Shown here: positions 25,850 to 39,645 of the stretch, piece by piece
How the letters are laid out: each line of letters opens with the position of its first letter
How positions within the stretch are numbered: the first letter of the stretch is position 1
Assembly (NCBI RefSeq): GCF_963676685.1
Contig: NC_092357.1
Location: 22,878,001-22,942,000, forward strand
Reading direction: 5' to 3'
DNA: 64,000 nt
Origin: Mytilus edulis
Taxonomy: Eukaryota
Program-made: the position numbers and the translations under genes
The notes under the pieces: model-generated
Databases searched by the model: none
What the model was told of the DNA's origin: nothing
Seen by the model: only the letters and a program-made list of their open reading frames with translations

Positions 25850-26760
25850 TTTCTTTGTTTTATTTTGATATTTTTATTGTCTTTGAATTGGTTCATAAAA
25901 TAAACTGACAGTCACACGTATCAAATAATATGTTTATTTTTATTTCGGATTTCCCTTGGTTTTATATTATATTTCTATAGTCTTAAAATTTGTTCATCGA
26001 ATATATTGACGCGCATCAAATGAGATGTTACACAATGTATACTTTTACGATATATGTTTATTTTAGTTTCGGATTTCTCTTGGTATTTTATATTGGTTTT
26101 ATCGTTGTCTTTGAATTGGTTCATGGAGTATATTGACGTGCATCAAATGAGATGTAATACTTTTACGATATGTTTATTTTTATTTCGAAGTTCTCTTGGT
26201 TTTATATTTGTATATCTATATGTCTGGTTCATCGAGCATATTGACGCGCATCATATATAAGTTGTTATACGTTTACGTTGTTTATTTTTATATTCGATTT
26301 CTTATGGTTTGTATTTTTATTTTTATTGTCTTTGAATTGGTTCATGGAATTCATATTGACGCGCAACAAATCAGATGTTATACTTTAACGATAGGCATGT
26401 TTTTATTTCGGATGGTTTTCTCTTGGTATTTCATGTCTTTGAATTGGTTAATCGAATGCATTGACGCATCAAATGAGATCTTATATTTTGAAGATATGTT
26501 TATTTTTATTTCGGATTTCTCTTGGTTTATATTGGTATTTCTATTGTCTTTGAATTGGTTCATGGAATATATTTACACGCATCAAATGTGATGTTATATT
26601 TTTAAGATAATTATGTTTATTTTTATTTCCGATTTATCTTGGTTTTATATTGGTATTTCTGTATATATAGTCTTTAAATTGGTTCATTGGGTATGTTGAT
26701 GCATATCATGAATATTTTTTGTTTCGGATTTCTCTTAGTTTAATATTCATACTTATAGAA
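25850..26760. repeat. Degenerate ~115-125-bp tandem repeat, ~7-8 copies
   Basis: Recurring tttatttttatttcggatttctcttggt...tctttgaattggttcat...attgacgcgcatcaaatgagatg. Confidence 0.85.
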
Positions 26761-27865
26761 TCTATAATGAACGTTTTATCGACTATACTTTGGTAAAAAA
26801 TAAGGTGAATAGGATTTCTTGCTTCAGGTTTCTCTTGCTTTTATATTCTATATTCTTCAAATGTTTGAGACATTGAAAAAATATTGTACTAATAATGAGT
26901 ATTTTTTGGTTTTAAATTGTTCTTGATTTTATATTGTAACTGCTATAGTCCTAGTATATTGGATCGAATATATTTAAGCTAAAATATTATTCTTTTTCCC
27001 TTTTCTTTCGTTTGAATAGTATCACTGTTCTGTACCTTTGCTTTTAGAAAAATTCCCTATTTGAGAAAGTTTAATTCATGTCCCAAACAGGGCTTTTCCT
27101 TGAACGTTTAGAACCACTAGATATTTACACGTGAAAATTTCAGTCTGTCTTTATCATGCAAAATCCTCTATTTATGCGAGGCAAACCATTATATCGTTTC
27201 ATTACACCATTGACGTAAGGAGTACATTAAAACAAGATGTTGAAATCAGCTTGACCTTTTTGAACAATTCATAAGATATGATAGAAGACGTCTGTTTTGT
27301 ATTCTCTGTAATTACATATTGATGAGGCTATAGCTGTTTGATTCGGTTCTTCTTTCGCTGAGGCTTTTATCTCTTGCATTTGAACCAGTGACGAATGAAA
27401 TATTTAAGTGATCAATGCATAAACACAATGAAAGAGCCTTGACACGTTTCGTATTGCAATCATTAAAGTAATTTTCACTCAAGTAGATTATTCCAATAAA
27501 ACGGAAGTATATGGGTTTTTTTTTTCTCATGCAATTAATGTTCTTGAGTTGTTATTGCAAATTTCATATGTAAAAACGTTGTTCTTTTGAAGTACACAAG
27601 TTCAACAAAAGACGTCATCTGTTAGCAATATGTTAAGGGTGAAATAAAGCAAATGAAAAGAAAGAACGATAAAGAAAGAAAGAAACATTTTTTTTCAAAT
27701 TGTGTTTCAAAATACCATTAAATCACTACGTAATTGAATTCTATCATACAGTGTATCATTCGTAAAACGCACGTTCTAAAGGTACATTTGAAATGACGCA
27801 AATTGATATAATCGATAGAAATGTGTTGCAGGTCATACACAATCGATAGATATTGAATGATATCG

Positions 27866-28039
27866 TTTGAATTGTTTTACATTGTCATATCGGGGCCTTC
27901 TATAGCTGACTATGCGGTATGGACTCTGCTTATTGTTGAAGGCCGTACGGTGACCTATAGTTGTTAATGTCTGTGTCATTTCGGTGTCTCGTGGACAGTT
28001 GTCTCATTGGCAATCATACCACATCTTCATTTTTATATT
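27866..28039 (+). repeat. Well-preserved short interspersed repeat inserted at the edge of a 30-bp minisatellite
   Basis: Same family as 20730-20946, flanked by atatcg at 27860-27865 and 28040-28045. Confidence 0.8.
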
Positions 28040-29030
28040 ATATCGATTCAATAGTTATTTAATTATTTGACACGAATCGATATTTATTGAATGTTCTGAC
28101 ATCGACTTGATTGTCATTGAATAACCTTACACCGACTTCATACTTATTGAATGAAGGACATCAACTCAGTAGTCATTTTTGAAATTGATCTGACATCAAT
28201 TCGATAGTTATAGAATGGTCTGATATCGATTCAATAGTTATAAAGTATTGAATGATCTTATATCGATTTGATAGTTATTGAATGCTCTGACATGAACTCT
28301 ATATTTATTGAATGATCTGACAAGAATTCGATATTAATTAATAATCGTCATCGATTCGATAGTTATTTAATAATCTGACATTGACTCGATAGTTATTGAA
28401 GATTTTACTATGATTCGATAGTTAATAAATAATCTGACCTGACATTGACTTGATATTCATTGAATGATTTGATTTCGACTCGATAGTTTTTGAATGATTT
28501 GACATCAATTCGATACTTATACATTGCTATCACACCGATTTGGTAGACTAGTTATTTAATGATGTGACATCGTCTCAATAGATAATGAATGATCTGATAT
28601 CGATTAGATATTCATTGAATGGTCTGACATTGACTCGATAGTTATAGAATGGTCTGACATCAATTCAATACTTACTGAACATTCTGACATCGATGGTGTA
28701 GGCATTATATGATCTGACATCGACTCGATTAGTTATTGAATGGTCAAATATCGAGCAAATAGGTTTTGAATGGCTTTATTGAATGGTCTGATACCGCCTC
28801 GTTATAATAAAGAATTTGACATCAACCTCAATATTGATTGAATGATCTGACATGAACTATAAACCCGATAGTTATTCATTGAACTGACATCAACCTGATG
28901 GTATTGAATAATCTGATATCGACTCGATATTTTTACAGTGGTCGTCAATCGATTTGTTAGTTATTAGATGATCTGACATCGTCTCGATAGATATTTAAGG
29001 ATCTGATAACGACTCGATATATCATGATCA
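28040..29030. repeat. Degenerate ~30-bp minisatellite (~30 copies)
   Basis: Consensus approximately gacatcgactcgatagttattgaatgatct. Confidence 0.85.
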
Positions 29031-30584
29031 GACGAGATCAACGATAAAGAAAAGAATGTATGAAATGCTTCCTCTGTCGTCTGCTGTCTACAATATTGAT
29101 AACTAATCGAGCTGTTCCTACTGTTTTTAATCGCTTCATTCACTTTTGATGTTTTAATAATATGATGTCAAGGTCATTGGAAATATATGATATTGTTAAT
29201 GATATATAATTGTTTGATGGGACCAGTAGGGAGGAAATGAAGATAACGATCATATCAGATGTTGTGTTAAGTAGATGTCTGTTTTTTAATGGACAAGGGT
29301 CAGTGAACTTCATATATATATGCTTCTCATAAGTGTCATCAATGAAAATATGTGCACGTGTGTTTATGTCCGTTAGCTTACATCGAAACTGTATAAATTT
29401 CTTCCAAATACTTATAAACTGCTTGGATAACTCTCTATCTAAGAAGATAAGGAGATGCGATATGTTTTATTAAAACAATTCTATGACAGATATTTTACCT
29501 GTTTTGTAAAGAGCTTAAAACCGACTCAAACTGTACATTTTGTAATACATGTACTTGCTAATATATTTTTGATATTATACATCAAATATTTGCCACTGAA
29601 CGTGCAATAAGCAACAGACAATCAATCATTCACTGTGCATGGTATGGTGCTCATTTCAACCTGCATGTGCCTATTCAAAGACCAATTCTCTTAATGCCAG
29701 GTTTGGAGTTGTCTGTCTAAGTTATCGTTTAAATATAAATGTGATTTACCCATGAATTTTTCAAGTTTTTTTCTGGGTTGATACCGCTGCGGGTGGAATG
29801 GTAGTTTTCTAGTGTATAAAACCTCGGAAATAATTACTATTAGTAATTTGGTACTGACATCATTTATAGCATACCTTTATTGAATTGTTCGTTAATATTG
29901 AGACATATTTAAGGACAAATTAAAGGTCTCATCTCGCTTAGGCAAGTTGTGCCTTCTAGCATATACCCGTATCAAATATTTATACACCCTTGGCTTTCAA
30001 CAGTTTCGGTTTAAACTCAGGGTCAATTCAGAAAAGTACAAAACTAACAAAGCACTATTTTCATTGTTTTACATTCTATTTTGAAAAGATAATCATGTGT
30101 TTGTTCCAAGAAACAATTGTTAGAATGCTTTAAGTAATATTACATAATGTTTTGTCTTCAGCTCATTAGTTACTTCTAAAACATAAAAGTCTTCTTGTAC
30201 AGAGTCTGTCAATTAAGTATCTGAACTCTCATTAACCGCAAATTCTCAAAATATTCAGACAGGTACATAAATTAGCAAGTGCGTCATTAAAGAGGCTTCA
30301 ACTGTTTTTTGGAGTAGTTCTCTAATTATCATCTTCATGGCATCTTTCTAATAACGACTCATTAGATTCAAGAATAAATCGTCCAAGTTCATTCCAAGAG
30401 TGTGACTTGGGGATCAAAATGAGGTTTTCATACGACCCGTAGTAAAATAATGTTATGAATCTCAAATTGGTCAGACTGTATACCTGCAGAATCTATTACT
30501 ATCCCCAGTACCTAACTACGGATCATTAAAAAGCAGCGTTCTCACCTTTGCTCTATGGTGTGAGTATGAGTGAGGAACAGAAAT

Positions 30585-31207
30585 ATAGCCACTTCGGTCT
30601 TCTTCCGACTGGTAGTAAAACCCTTGCCGAAGTGGGACTTCTGTTTAGCTGTATGTGATGTACAAGTACTCAGCCACGTCCGATCAGAATGCGGACGTTA
30701 AGTCCGATGACTCATGTAAAGAGAGTACGACGCTCTCTGTACATTAATAATACTTCAACAACTCACGTGGGGTCTGTAGGTGTCCTGTCGCAAAGGAAAA
30801 TGTATGTCTCTATCACGTTCATCCTAATTTTCCAGTTGAAGTCCAAATCTCGCCGACCTTCAGCACGGATGGGTTCTATTGATATTAATCTGCCTATTGT
30901 TTTCATTGTTAGGGAGCTACCATTTGATTTTTAGGGGGGGGGGGGGGGGGCTAGGATGAAAAATTTTGTCCTGCATTTTTTTTTTTAGTTGTAATCTCTG
31001 TCCTGCCTTTTTATTTTTCACTCTATTCAGTCCTGCCTTTTTTTTTTAGTTTATCCTGCCTTTTTTTTACTCAAAATTCCTGTCCTGCCTATTTTTTTCA
31101 AATTTCATCCTAGCCCCCCCCCACCTATAAAAATCAAATGGTAGCTCCCTTAATTTGTTTTCGTCCTGAACATGCATGCAATATTTGCCACTGGATGTTC
31201 AGTAACT
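30585..31207 (+). mobile_element. Probable SINE remnant, interrupted by a MITE
   Basis: GC-richer body with a ggacgttaag-ccgatg..tgtaaagagag..gcacgttaa-like central domain. The 3' tail aatatttgccactgga-gt also occurs at ~22550-22570 and ~29586-29603. Confidence 0.45.
30912..31149. mobile_element. MITE, Tourist/PIF-Harbinger-like, with a TTA target-site duplication
   Basis: Perfect TIR gggagctaccatttgattttta / taaaaatcaaatggtagctccc, extended by G-tract/C-tract and ctaggatgaaa/tttcatcctag. TTA on both sides; internal tgtcctgcc repeats. Confidence 0.85.
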
Positions 31208-33543
31208 TATAATCTAGAATTTCTATTAACTGAAGGTCAAATATGAATAAAATAAGCTCAGAGAAAGGTCTTTTAAAAATACTCTGCGACTATATTCACC
31301 GGTTGCATATTATATATTTCATTTGACGGACCAGTCAGTTTGAAATGTATATTGAAGTTGATGGCTTATTAAGATATCACTTATTCATAAACATTTACAT
31401 GTAAGATTGGGAATTTGCATTCACTAGAAGATGCCCTGTCCTTGAACATCTATATACTTATATTAATGTTTTTAAATTACTATTATTTGACAAAATTGGT
31501 TGTCTTAATATTTTATTAAAGTATACTATGTTGATAAACATTATACAAATATCAAAATGTGGAAAACAATCACAGATATTAGACATAAACACTATTAGAT
31601 ATATTTTACAGAAGTACTAATCTTTAATCGACTAGAAAACCGGTCAGAAATTTGATTAATCACAACATTATCTTAAGTTTTATTGCCTTGATGGCTAATA
31701 AAATGGAAAAAAAATGGGCAGAGGAATGCTTGTGCCTGATTTGATTTACAGGTATTTCATATTTCATAAACAAATAAATAAATATATTAATTTGTTTTCA
31801 ATTGGTTTGATGTCTTAACTAAAGGCAGTTACGTAATTTTAGTTGGCGATGATTATTCACATAACACTAAATCAATATTTTTTCCAATCTTTTATATTAT
31901 TGTTAGATTCTTTAGGATGAAAAAAAATATTTGTTAATAATCCAATGGTATGTTGTACTTTACATTCAGATCACACGTGATTTTTCGTTGCTATGCATCT
32001 TTGTTCAAACTAAATCGGAAAACTTAGAAGGACTTTGCTTCTCTCAATCTGAAATCGGCCGAGTTATTACAAATTTGTTCAACCTATGCCCTTTTCTCGC
32101 TGTTGGCTCACGTATTTCTTTGTGTTCGTATTTTTGTTGTTTGATACCTCGTGTTGTTAGATTGCGAAGTTGTATACATAGACCCGAGGTGATTCTGAGC
32201 TCTTCTTACGGTTTGGGTTGATATCCATAAACCCTCATGTATTCATCCTTTTAAAGAGGCTTTTTTTCCTCTTAAGTTCACCAAATACATGTATGTATTT
32301 TCATATTTAACCGTAAGTCATATTTCAAACGAAACTGTTTTAGAACCATGGACAAGAGGAGAGGCTTTATATGATTTATGTCCCTGATATATGTATTCTC
32401 AATGCAAATTAATCGATGACGAATATGGAATAATTTAGGAGGACAACGTTCTTTTTTAGAACAAAAATAATTTTTTGTTCTGTTTATGGTAATTTCATGA
32501 GGGTCAGGGTGAGGTTTATAGAATAATGAATAAACGACGAAAGGTTAAGAATATAGGCAATAACAATAAAGAATAGAGAATAGTAGGGAATAATAAGTGC
32601 TACGAGAATAATGGGCAATATGGTAAAAAAAAAGAGAGAAAGATGTTATACAAAATAAAGAAATGAACTACCCGGCCCCATCCTTTCATCCTCTTTTATG
32701 TTCCATGCGTAGATAATATCAATGGTAATATTCTATGTAAAAACATAAATGTCTGTCTGTATCTAAAAAATTAAAACAAAACAAAGAGCAAAGAGTTTAT
32801 ATATTTGTAACGTAAAACGGACATCTGTTAATGAAGTCCTCAGTCATTTATGTGTGGGGGTTAACTCTTTAAGAGACTATGTCTGAAATTCAAATACCAA
32901 CAAGAACCTTTGATAATTATTAATACCTTATTGCACAAAAACTGTATACTTTACCTAATTAAATGTACTGATAGCATCTTTATACCGTAGGTTGACATAG
33001 GTTCATGTTACATTACAATTAACCTTGAGTGATCTCATTTAAATAGTATGTCATAGGATTGATAGAGTCTTGTATTGTTGGACCGAAGATGAGATTGAAA
33101 TATCAAAACTTAGTCACGCACATTAGTTTAAAGAGGTAAACATAATTATGTATAAATGAGAAAGATCATCTAATTAAAATAAAATATAGATCAGAGCGTT
33201 TAGAATTTATATTACCCCATAGCCGTGGAAATTGAACAATTAGGGGTGATTGCTAACTGCTTGTACATGTAAAGTAGAGAAAACTTAAATGGTCCTAGAG
33301 ACTTTCTTTCATATACTATGTTGCATATTATTAATCTAATATTTTGAAGGATTAGTGATACGTTAAGACTTCATTATATGTTCGTTTGTACTTATTCAGT
33401 TTACACGTCAATTGATCTTGTGTTACGCTTTTCGTAGTCAAAAGCAGTATATTGCAATGGGGATGCAGCTTGTTACTAAAATACATCGCCAATTTTACAT
33501 TGTTCGTGCAATAGTCGTGATTGATTGATAATATACCAATTGT

Positions 33544-33669
33544 AGCCTTTGGTTGAGGTCAATACGAAAATATGTCGACCTAGAGAAGCATATCGACCTT
33601 GGACTTTGTCCCCAGTCAATATGATTCTCTTGTGTCGATATAACCCCGTATCAACTTCATAAAGAGGCT
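33544..33669. repeat. Long imperfect foldback element
   Basis: Arms agcct..gaggtcaatacg..gtcgac..agagaagcatatcgac and gtcaatatgattctct..gtcgata..cgtatcaacttc..aggct. Confidence 0.6.
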
Positions 33670-33976
33670 TTATTCCTCATATAGAGGCTTTAATTGTGCA
33701 ATATGTCCTATCCATCCCAACGCTATAAAAAGTTTTCACCGCCACTGTATTGACTTTATATTTACATGAAAGAATTCAATCTGATCGTTCAACCTGCAGT
33801 CTGTCAGCAAGCATTCTCGTAATTATCATGAACTAATGATTGCACAGTTTTTTTTCTATAAGATGAAAGAAACGAAACATTAACGGTGCTCTGAACACAC
33901 ATATAGTATTGAATATATGTTTGGTTATCTGTTGATTCCAGCTGTGTTGTATATAATGCAAGAAATTTTTGATGGA

Positions 33977-34105
33977 AAAAAGTAAAATAACAAAAATACC
34001 GAACTCTTAGGATAATTCTTTACAGAAAGACATTTATTAAATCAAAAACTCAAAAACATCAAACGAATGGGACAACTGTAACATTCCTGACTAGGTGCGA
34101 GCCTT
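33977..34105 (+). repeat. Interspersed repeat; second copy at 47719-47840
   Basis: Both read aaaagtaaaat-ac-aaaatac-gaactc...aactgt-a-attcctgac--ggt. Confidence 0.7.
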
Positions 34106-35224
34106 TTCGGATCTAGAAAACGCCTTTTTCAGTTAGCTAAACCTCTCACTTGTATAGACCACAATGTGTGAAAAAAAGGAAACAGACAAAATAAGTATAT
34201 TTTTTTTAAAGATTTTGGTGTAATAAGGGAAACAAATTCAAACAATTATGTTCTTTGTTGTTTGTTTTTTTGTTGTTGTTTTTTTCGGGGGGGGGGGGGG
34301 GGGGGGCATTATACTTATACGAACTGACGAAGACATTAATTCAATTGGCACATAATAGGTTAAAACAAAACAAGAGTAAATGGTAGCTCCCGTAGCAATC
34401 ATACCACATCTTATTCTATTTTAATTTGCAGTGTTGTAAAGAGGTTATATAAACTGAAGTCAAGGCAAAATAGTATGGCTATTTGAAAACATTCTTTATT
34501 CTACTTGGACTTGAACTTTGTATTTAGAAAGAAGTTAAGAATTTTCACAATGTAGAGGATAAATATTTATGTGAATCACACTCAGAAAACATATGTAGTC
34601 AAGTAGGATAAAAAAGGATTATAAATACCAGTTGTTTAGTATGATCCCATCTCGATAAACTAAATATTTACATATCATATATTTTTGCAATCCAGTTATT
34701 AAAGAATTATTTATGACAAAAAGTTAATCGGTATTGGAAAATACATTTAAAGGTTTTAATTCTAATGGTTTTCAGGTTCAATTAAGAAGAAACTATTGTA
34801 TGTAATGATAATAATATAGATCAAGGCGGCAAATTTAAGATATAATGGAAAATTTAAAAAGCGATTTATTAAATTACTTGAGAAAAGAATTGAATAAATA
34901 TATAAGGACACATTAACATGAACACACATGTATAGCATACCAAGTGTTAATAATGATCCGTGTGCTTTCCTTAATCATCAACGTTAGCAGTGATCAGTTC
35001 ATCGTCACAGATTTATGTATATATATATATTCCCACTTTCTTAGTTTAGGGCACAGTGGGGTTGTCTGATTATTTCCTTATTTTTTATTTGTAAAACTAA
35101 CTGCTCTAAAAGAGAAACAGTAGGTCCAAACATTTTAATATAATAATGTAATTATGAAATTGAAACTCTTCTATGGTTTTATCCAAATCGTTGGGGGAGA
35201 TGGAGGGTGTCCCATAACAAATCA

Positions 35225-35271
<47 letters not shown>

Positions 35272-37149
35272 AAATAAATAATTTGGGAACGTGGTTTATG
35301 AATGTTTTACTCTAAAAATTGTTGTTAGTTTAATTTGTCTTGAGTTCGTACCTGGCTAGAATATATATCATGTTTTTCAAACCTTACAAAAGCTGTGTAT
35401 ACATGTATATCTATTTATGCTAAAACCAATTTTGATGTTTACATAATAATCATAAAGAATGTATACTTATCCAACAAAATAACTCAGATTTGAGAAATAT
35501 CAATGCATATTTATTTCTGTACATTAAGGGCCAATATTTGTTTGAAATGTTTGAAAGCTTTACAAAATTACTTGTAAATGTTGCTTTTGTCCTTAGTTCT
35601 AAAGGAAAATATTCAAACTTAAGACCTTTGTGAAAAAAAATCAATAATATGTGTTTTGGATCGAAATAGATAATAGTTATAAATCATTGCTCTTTGCACA
35701 AGTCCATTGAACCGCTAAAATCATACCATAATAGACCCATTATGGTTATGGACTTAAAATAAGGTCAGCCATTGGAAAATTTAAAAGCATGGTTGATTAA
35801 ATGTTTACTTATTCTCAAAGACGACAAACGACCTGAAACAATAACATTCAAATTTGTGTATTTGTTAATTTTAAGAAAAATCGTAATATTGCAAATAACC
35901 AGGTTCAATAGCTTGAAAGGGGGTCTTAACGATGTTTACAGAAATCAGAATAATAGGCAAGAAAGTTAAAAAGAATAGAGAATTATGGGATAATCGAATA
36001 GGAAGAATAAGCAATAACGGACAAAAAATAAGAATTAGGAAAAATTGGCCAAACAGAGTAAAATATCCTTAAAAAACGAAGACCTCTTATCCCCGGCCCC
36101 TATTCCGATCCTCATCTAAGTTTCATTTATATATTTAAATAAAGCAATATTTGAAATACTTCGATTATCTTAGCATATCTGATGATGGTTATTCTAAAAA
36201 CACGTGTCGTTGTTCTTTAAAGGTAATTAAAACGTATATTTGTGGAAAATTGTTACAAATAATGTACGAACTGACTAAACGGTATTGTTTTTTTTTCATT
36301 GTTAAAGGCCGTACAATTAACTATACTTGTTTATATCCATGTCAAAGTTATCTCATTGGCAGTTATTAATCAGTTATATCACATCATCTTATTTTTTTTT
36401 ATATTAAGAAAATAACATCAAAACATTAAATTTCTGTTAAATATCAATATTTCAAGATAATCACACAACATTTTGTTGCCAAGAAGAAGTACTTTTGTTT
36501 TTATCTTATCATACTCCTTAGACTGATACCACGCTATGAAGTATATACCTCAGCAAACTAATTACTACAAATAAATTTTAAAATAGTTTGATTGAAGGTA
36601 TCAATTGCTTTAGATGCTAAATTTAACCAATTTGCGTAAAACTTTGTTTTGACGAATGTATACATGTGTTATCGCGATGTATAAGATAATTTTTAAAACT
36701 TGGTTCAGCAAAAAAAAAAAAAAAAAAAAAATTATCAATGCTACTTACATACATATAGACACAGATGCTTAGGACATGTGGAAATTAGATAACATGTTAA
36801 AATAAATGAAAGAACAACATGAGTACAGATACTAGTATATATTTTTAAACAGTTATAGCGAAGATCTGTTTGGCAAACTGAATTGTATCTATGCATGGAT
36901 CAAATGAAATATAGGATATAAATAAAGGCAACAGTAGTATATCGCTGTTCAAACTCATAAATCCATGGACAAAAAACAAAATCGGGGTAACAAACTAAAA
37001 CTGACGGAAACGCATAAATATAAGAAGAAAACAACGACACAACACTACAATGTAACTAACACACACAGAAACGGACCAAGCATCAGACAAAATCCCACGA
37101 GAATAACAAATATAACATCAAAACCAAATACATGAAAAAAGACAATATA

Positions 37150-38450
37150 ACAATATAACACGAACCTTAATGTTCACTCTGTTGTCCTTGTAGCTACTTC
37201 ATTTATATTTCTTGAGGGTTCAAATTAGAAAGCAGATGGAAAGATCGACCACTGTAAAATGTATCAATATTTAAAGTTTTTTTTACCTTTTCATTTACAA
37301 CCTCAATAAGATAGCGAAATCATAAACAAAAACACAACTTTTAGAGGTAATATGCATCTTGAGTCTATCCCTAGCTAATAGTAAAAAGAAGAAGGAAGAG
37401 CCAAATTGACAATTTCAATAATAACACTATGAACAATACAAAAACTACGAAAACAAAATTCAACAATGACAAAAAATTAATCAGAAAAGCAAAGATTGCG
37501 CAACTATCCAACGAAAACAGACTTCCGGTAAGCAGTACCTTCTCCAAATGTAGAACCCGTCGTGTCATTCGAGGAGGTAAATTCTAGTGATAAGTACACA
37601 TCATTTATATTACAACCAGAGTGTTCATTCCATATGTCTAGCTCTAGATCACCTCTAGTAAATTAACTGTGAATAAGTGAAACAGATAATACCAAAGACA
37701 GTGCTGTTTACCACAAATTTTCAAGATGACAAAAATATAAAGATATCATAAGAATCAACAACTAGCAAATTCATGGCATAGGACACCAGTATTAACGTGT
37801 ACTTGGGTAACCCTATTTTTTTTTATTCATCTAAAACTGAACCCATTTTTTTTTTGGTGTGTGATCGGATAAAGCGCCAAACCTACTGTACTAATTTTAC
37901 GTTCAGCCATTTTTTTCACAGATTATGAAAGACTTAAATGAATCATTTGTCTAAATCTAATATCAAATCTCATTTGCTTATAAGAATTCAATATTAAAAT
38001 TTGACTGAATAACTCATGCCTATTCATACTGTTGTCCTTGTAGCTACTTCATTTATATTTCTTGAAGGTTCAAATTAGAAAGCAAATGGAAAGATCGACC
38101 ACTGTAAAATGTATCAATATTTAAAGTTTTTTTACCTTTTCATTTACAAATACATTACTTTAAAACTTCGCTTAGATAAACAAATATTGACATAGAACTA
38201 ATAGTGTCTTTTTGTTTAGAAGAATTGTTTCTAAAAGTGCCTTCTAGCTATTGTTCTGTGTATAAAGATACAGAATAGCTCTTTGTAATCGAAAAATCGA
38301 ATACGCTATAATTATCTAATTCCGTAAGAGTAAAAATGGACGACGGAAAGGGTTTTTATTTTTTCGAATTTCTGTAAAATGCGAGCTCGGGAAGTGTATG
38401 GCCACGGCGAAGGAACATTAAAACCGAAAACAAGGTTCGTGTTATATTGT
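37150..38450. mobile_element. Non-autonomous TIR element flanked by TA, carrying an internal 121-bp direct repeat
   Basis: taacaatataacacgaacctt (37148-37168) is the exact reverse complement of 38432-38452. Direct repeat at 37179-37300 and 38029-38149. Confidence 0.6.
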
Positions 38451-39107
38451 TAACATTGTTGTAAAATTAAAAAAGAAAAAAATACATAAAAGACTGTTTA
38501 AACAGGATAAACAACTATGATACATTATTTAGTAAGGGAAAAGTGGCATGAAATCAGCTCTGTTGATAGCGCTTGAATAATGTTGAATTCAAAATTGAAA
38601 ATAATGTGAGCGACGGAAACAGCACAATCATATATTAGTTTAATAAATTTCTTGTTATTGAGGTGGTTTTTTTTCTCGAATGTCATACAATTTTTCTGAC
38701 CTATAAATACAAAAGTAAAAAACAACTGTTACATTCGATATGACACAATACACAACATATAAAACAGTTTTTGAAATTTGTATTCTCCTACCAAAATGGC
38801 ATAGCTTTCAAGACAGTTCTATTGCTGTATCATTAATTCGTTGCGTGCAAGTCGTATTCTTATACAATCCTAACCGTATCTTAGTCTTATCATACGTCAC
38901 TTATATCAATAAGAGGCAGGATATATCGAAAGAAGAATCAAGTCATATTTAAAGTAAAGAAAAAGCTGTCAAATTCGTTGAAAAAAACACCTGAAAATGA
39001 CGACATCATAAACAATAGTCCACAAACACTACAGAAAACAAAAAACAGGTGATCCGGAAAGGTAAGTTTGTTCTGCATCACATGTTGCACACGTCCAATG
39101 TTGTTAG

Positions 39108-39244
39108 CAGGGTTGAGTTCAATATCGTAGCAGCTACGTAGCCGCTATCAATATCTATGTAACAACTAGTCTATATAGCTACACGTTCAATAGTCAAAAT
39201 CTACGTAGGACTACGTAGCAGCTACAATATTGAGCTCAACCCTG
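39108..39244. mobile_element. 137-bp MITE/foldback with 34-bp TIRs
   Basis: Left cagggttgagttcaatatcgtagcagctacgtag versus right-arm reverse complement cagggttgagctcaatattgtagctgctacgtag (31/34). No clear TSD. Confidence 0.75.
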
Positions 39245-39406
39245 TACAAGGAATCGTAAAACAAAATAATTGCTATGTAATTTTATAATAAACGTGAGCA
39301 GTCTTTGCATAACAATCCGGTTTATTCTTTTTAAGTTGTTTCAGTAATTTATATTTTGTTTATCCTTATTTTTTTCATTTTGTATTGCATTGTTAAAATT
39401 GTCTGC

Positions 39407-39645
39407 AGTTTTTGGTGGGGTTCGTGTTGTGAAGTCTTTAGTTTTTGGTGGGGTTCGTGTTGTTAAGTCTTCAGTTTTTGGTGGGGTTCGTGTTGTAAAG
39501 TCTTTAGTTTTATTTTTCCATGTTGTTGTTTTTGTGTATTATTGTTTTTCTGTTTGTCTTTTATCTTTTTAAGCCATGGCGTTGTCAATTTATTTTAGAT
39601 TTATGAGTTTGAGTGTCCCACTGGTATCTTTCGTCCCTCTTTTGA
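39407..39645 (+). repeat. Truncated interspersed repeat (44345 family) with a triplicated ~32-bp segment
   Basis: agtttttggtggggttcgtgttgt three times, then agccatggcgttgtca...ggtatctttcgtccctcttt. Confidence 0.85.

Noticed and set aside
26054-26591. Hydrophobic 68-131 aa ORFs
   Set aside because: They lie in a T-rich degenerate tandem repeat, so the hydrophobicity is compositional.
30908-31153. TTAA (Kolobok/piggyBac) TSD for the MITE
   Set aside because: The left flank is GTTA. Only TTA is duplicated, which fits PIF/Harbinger better.
39055-39068. Donor-like AAG|GTAAGT
   Set aside because: It is part of a reversed copy of the interspersed repeat (ccggaa-ggtaag), not evidence of an exon.
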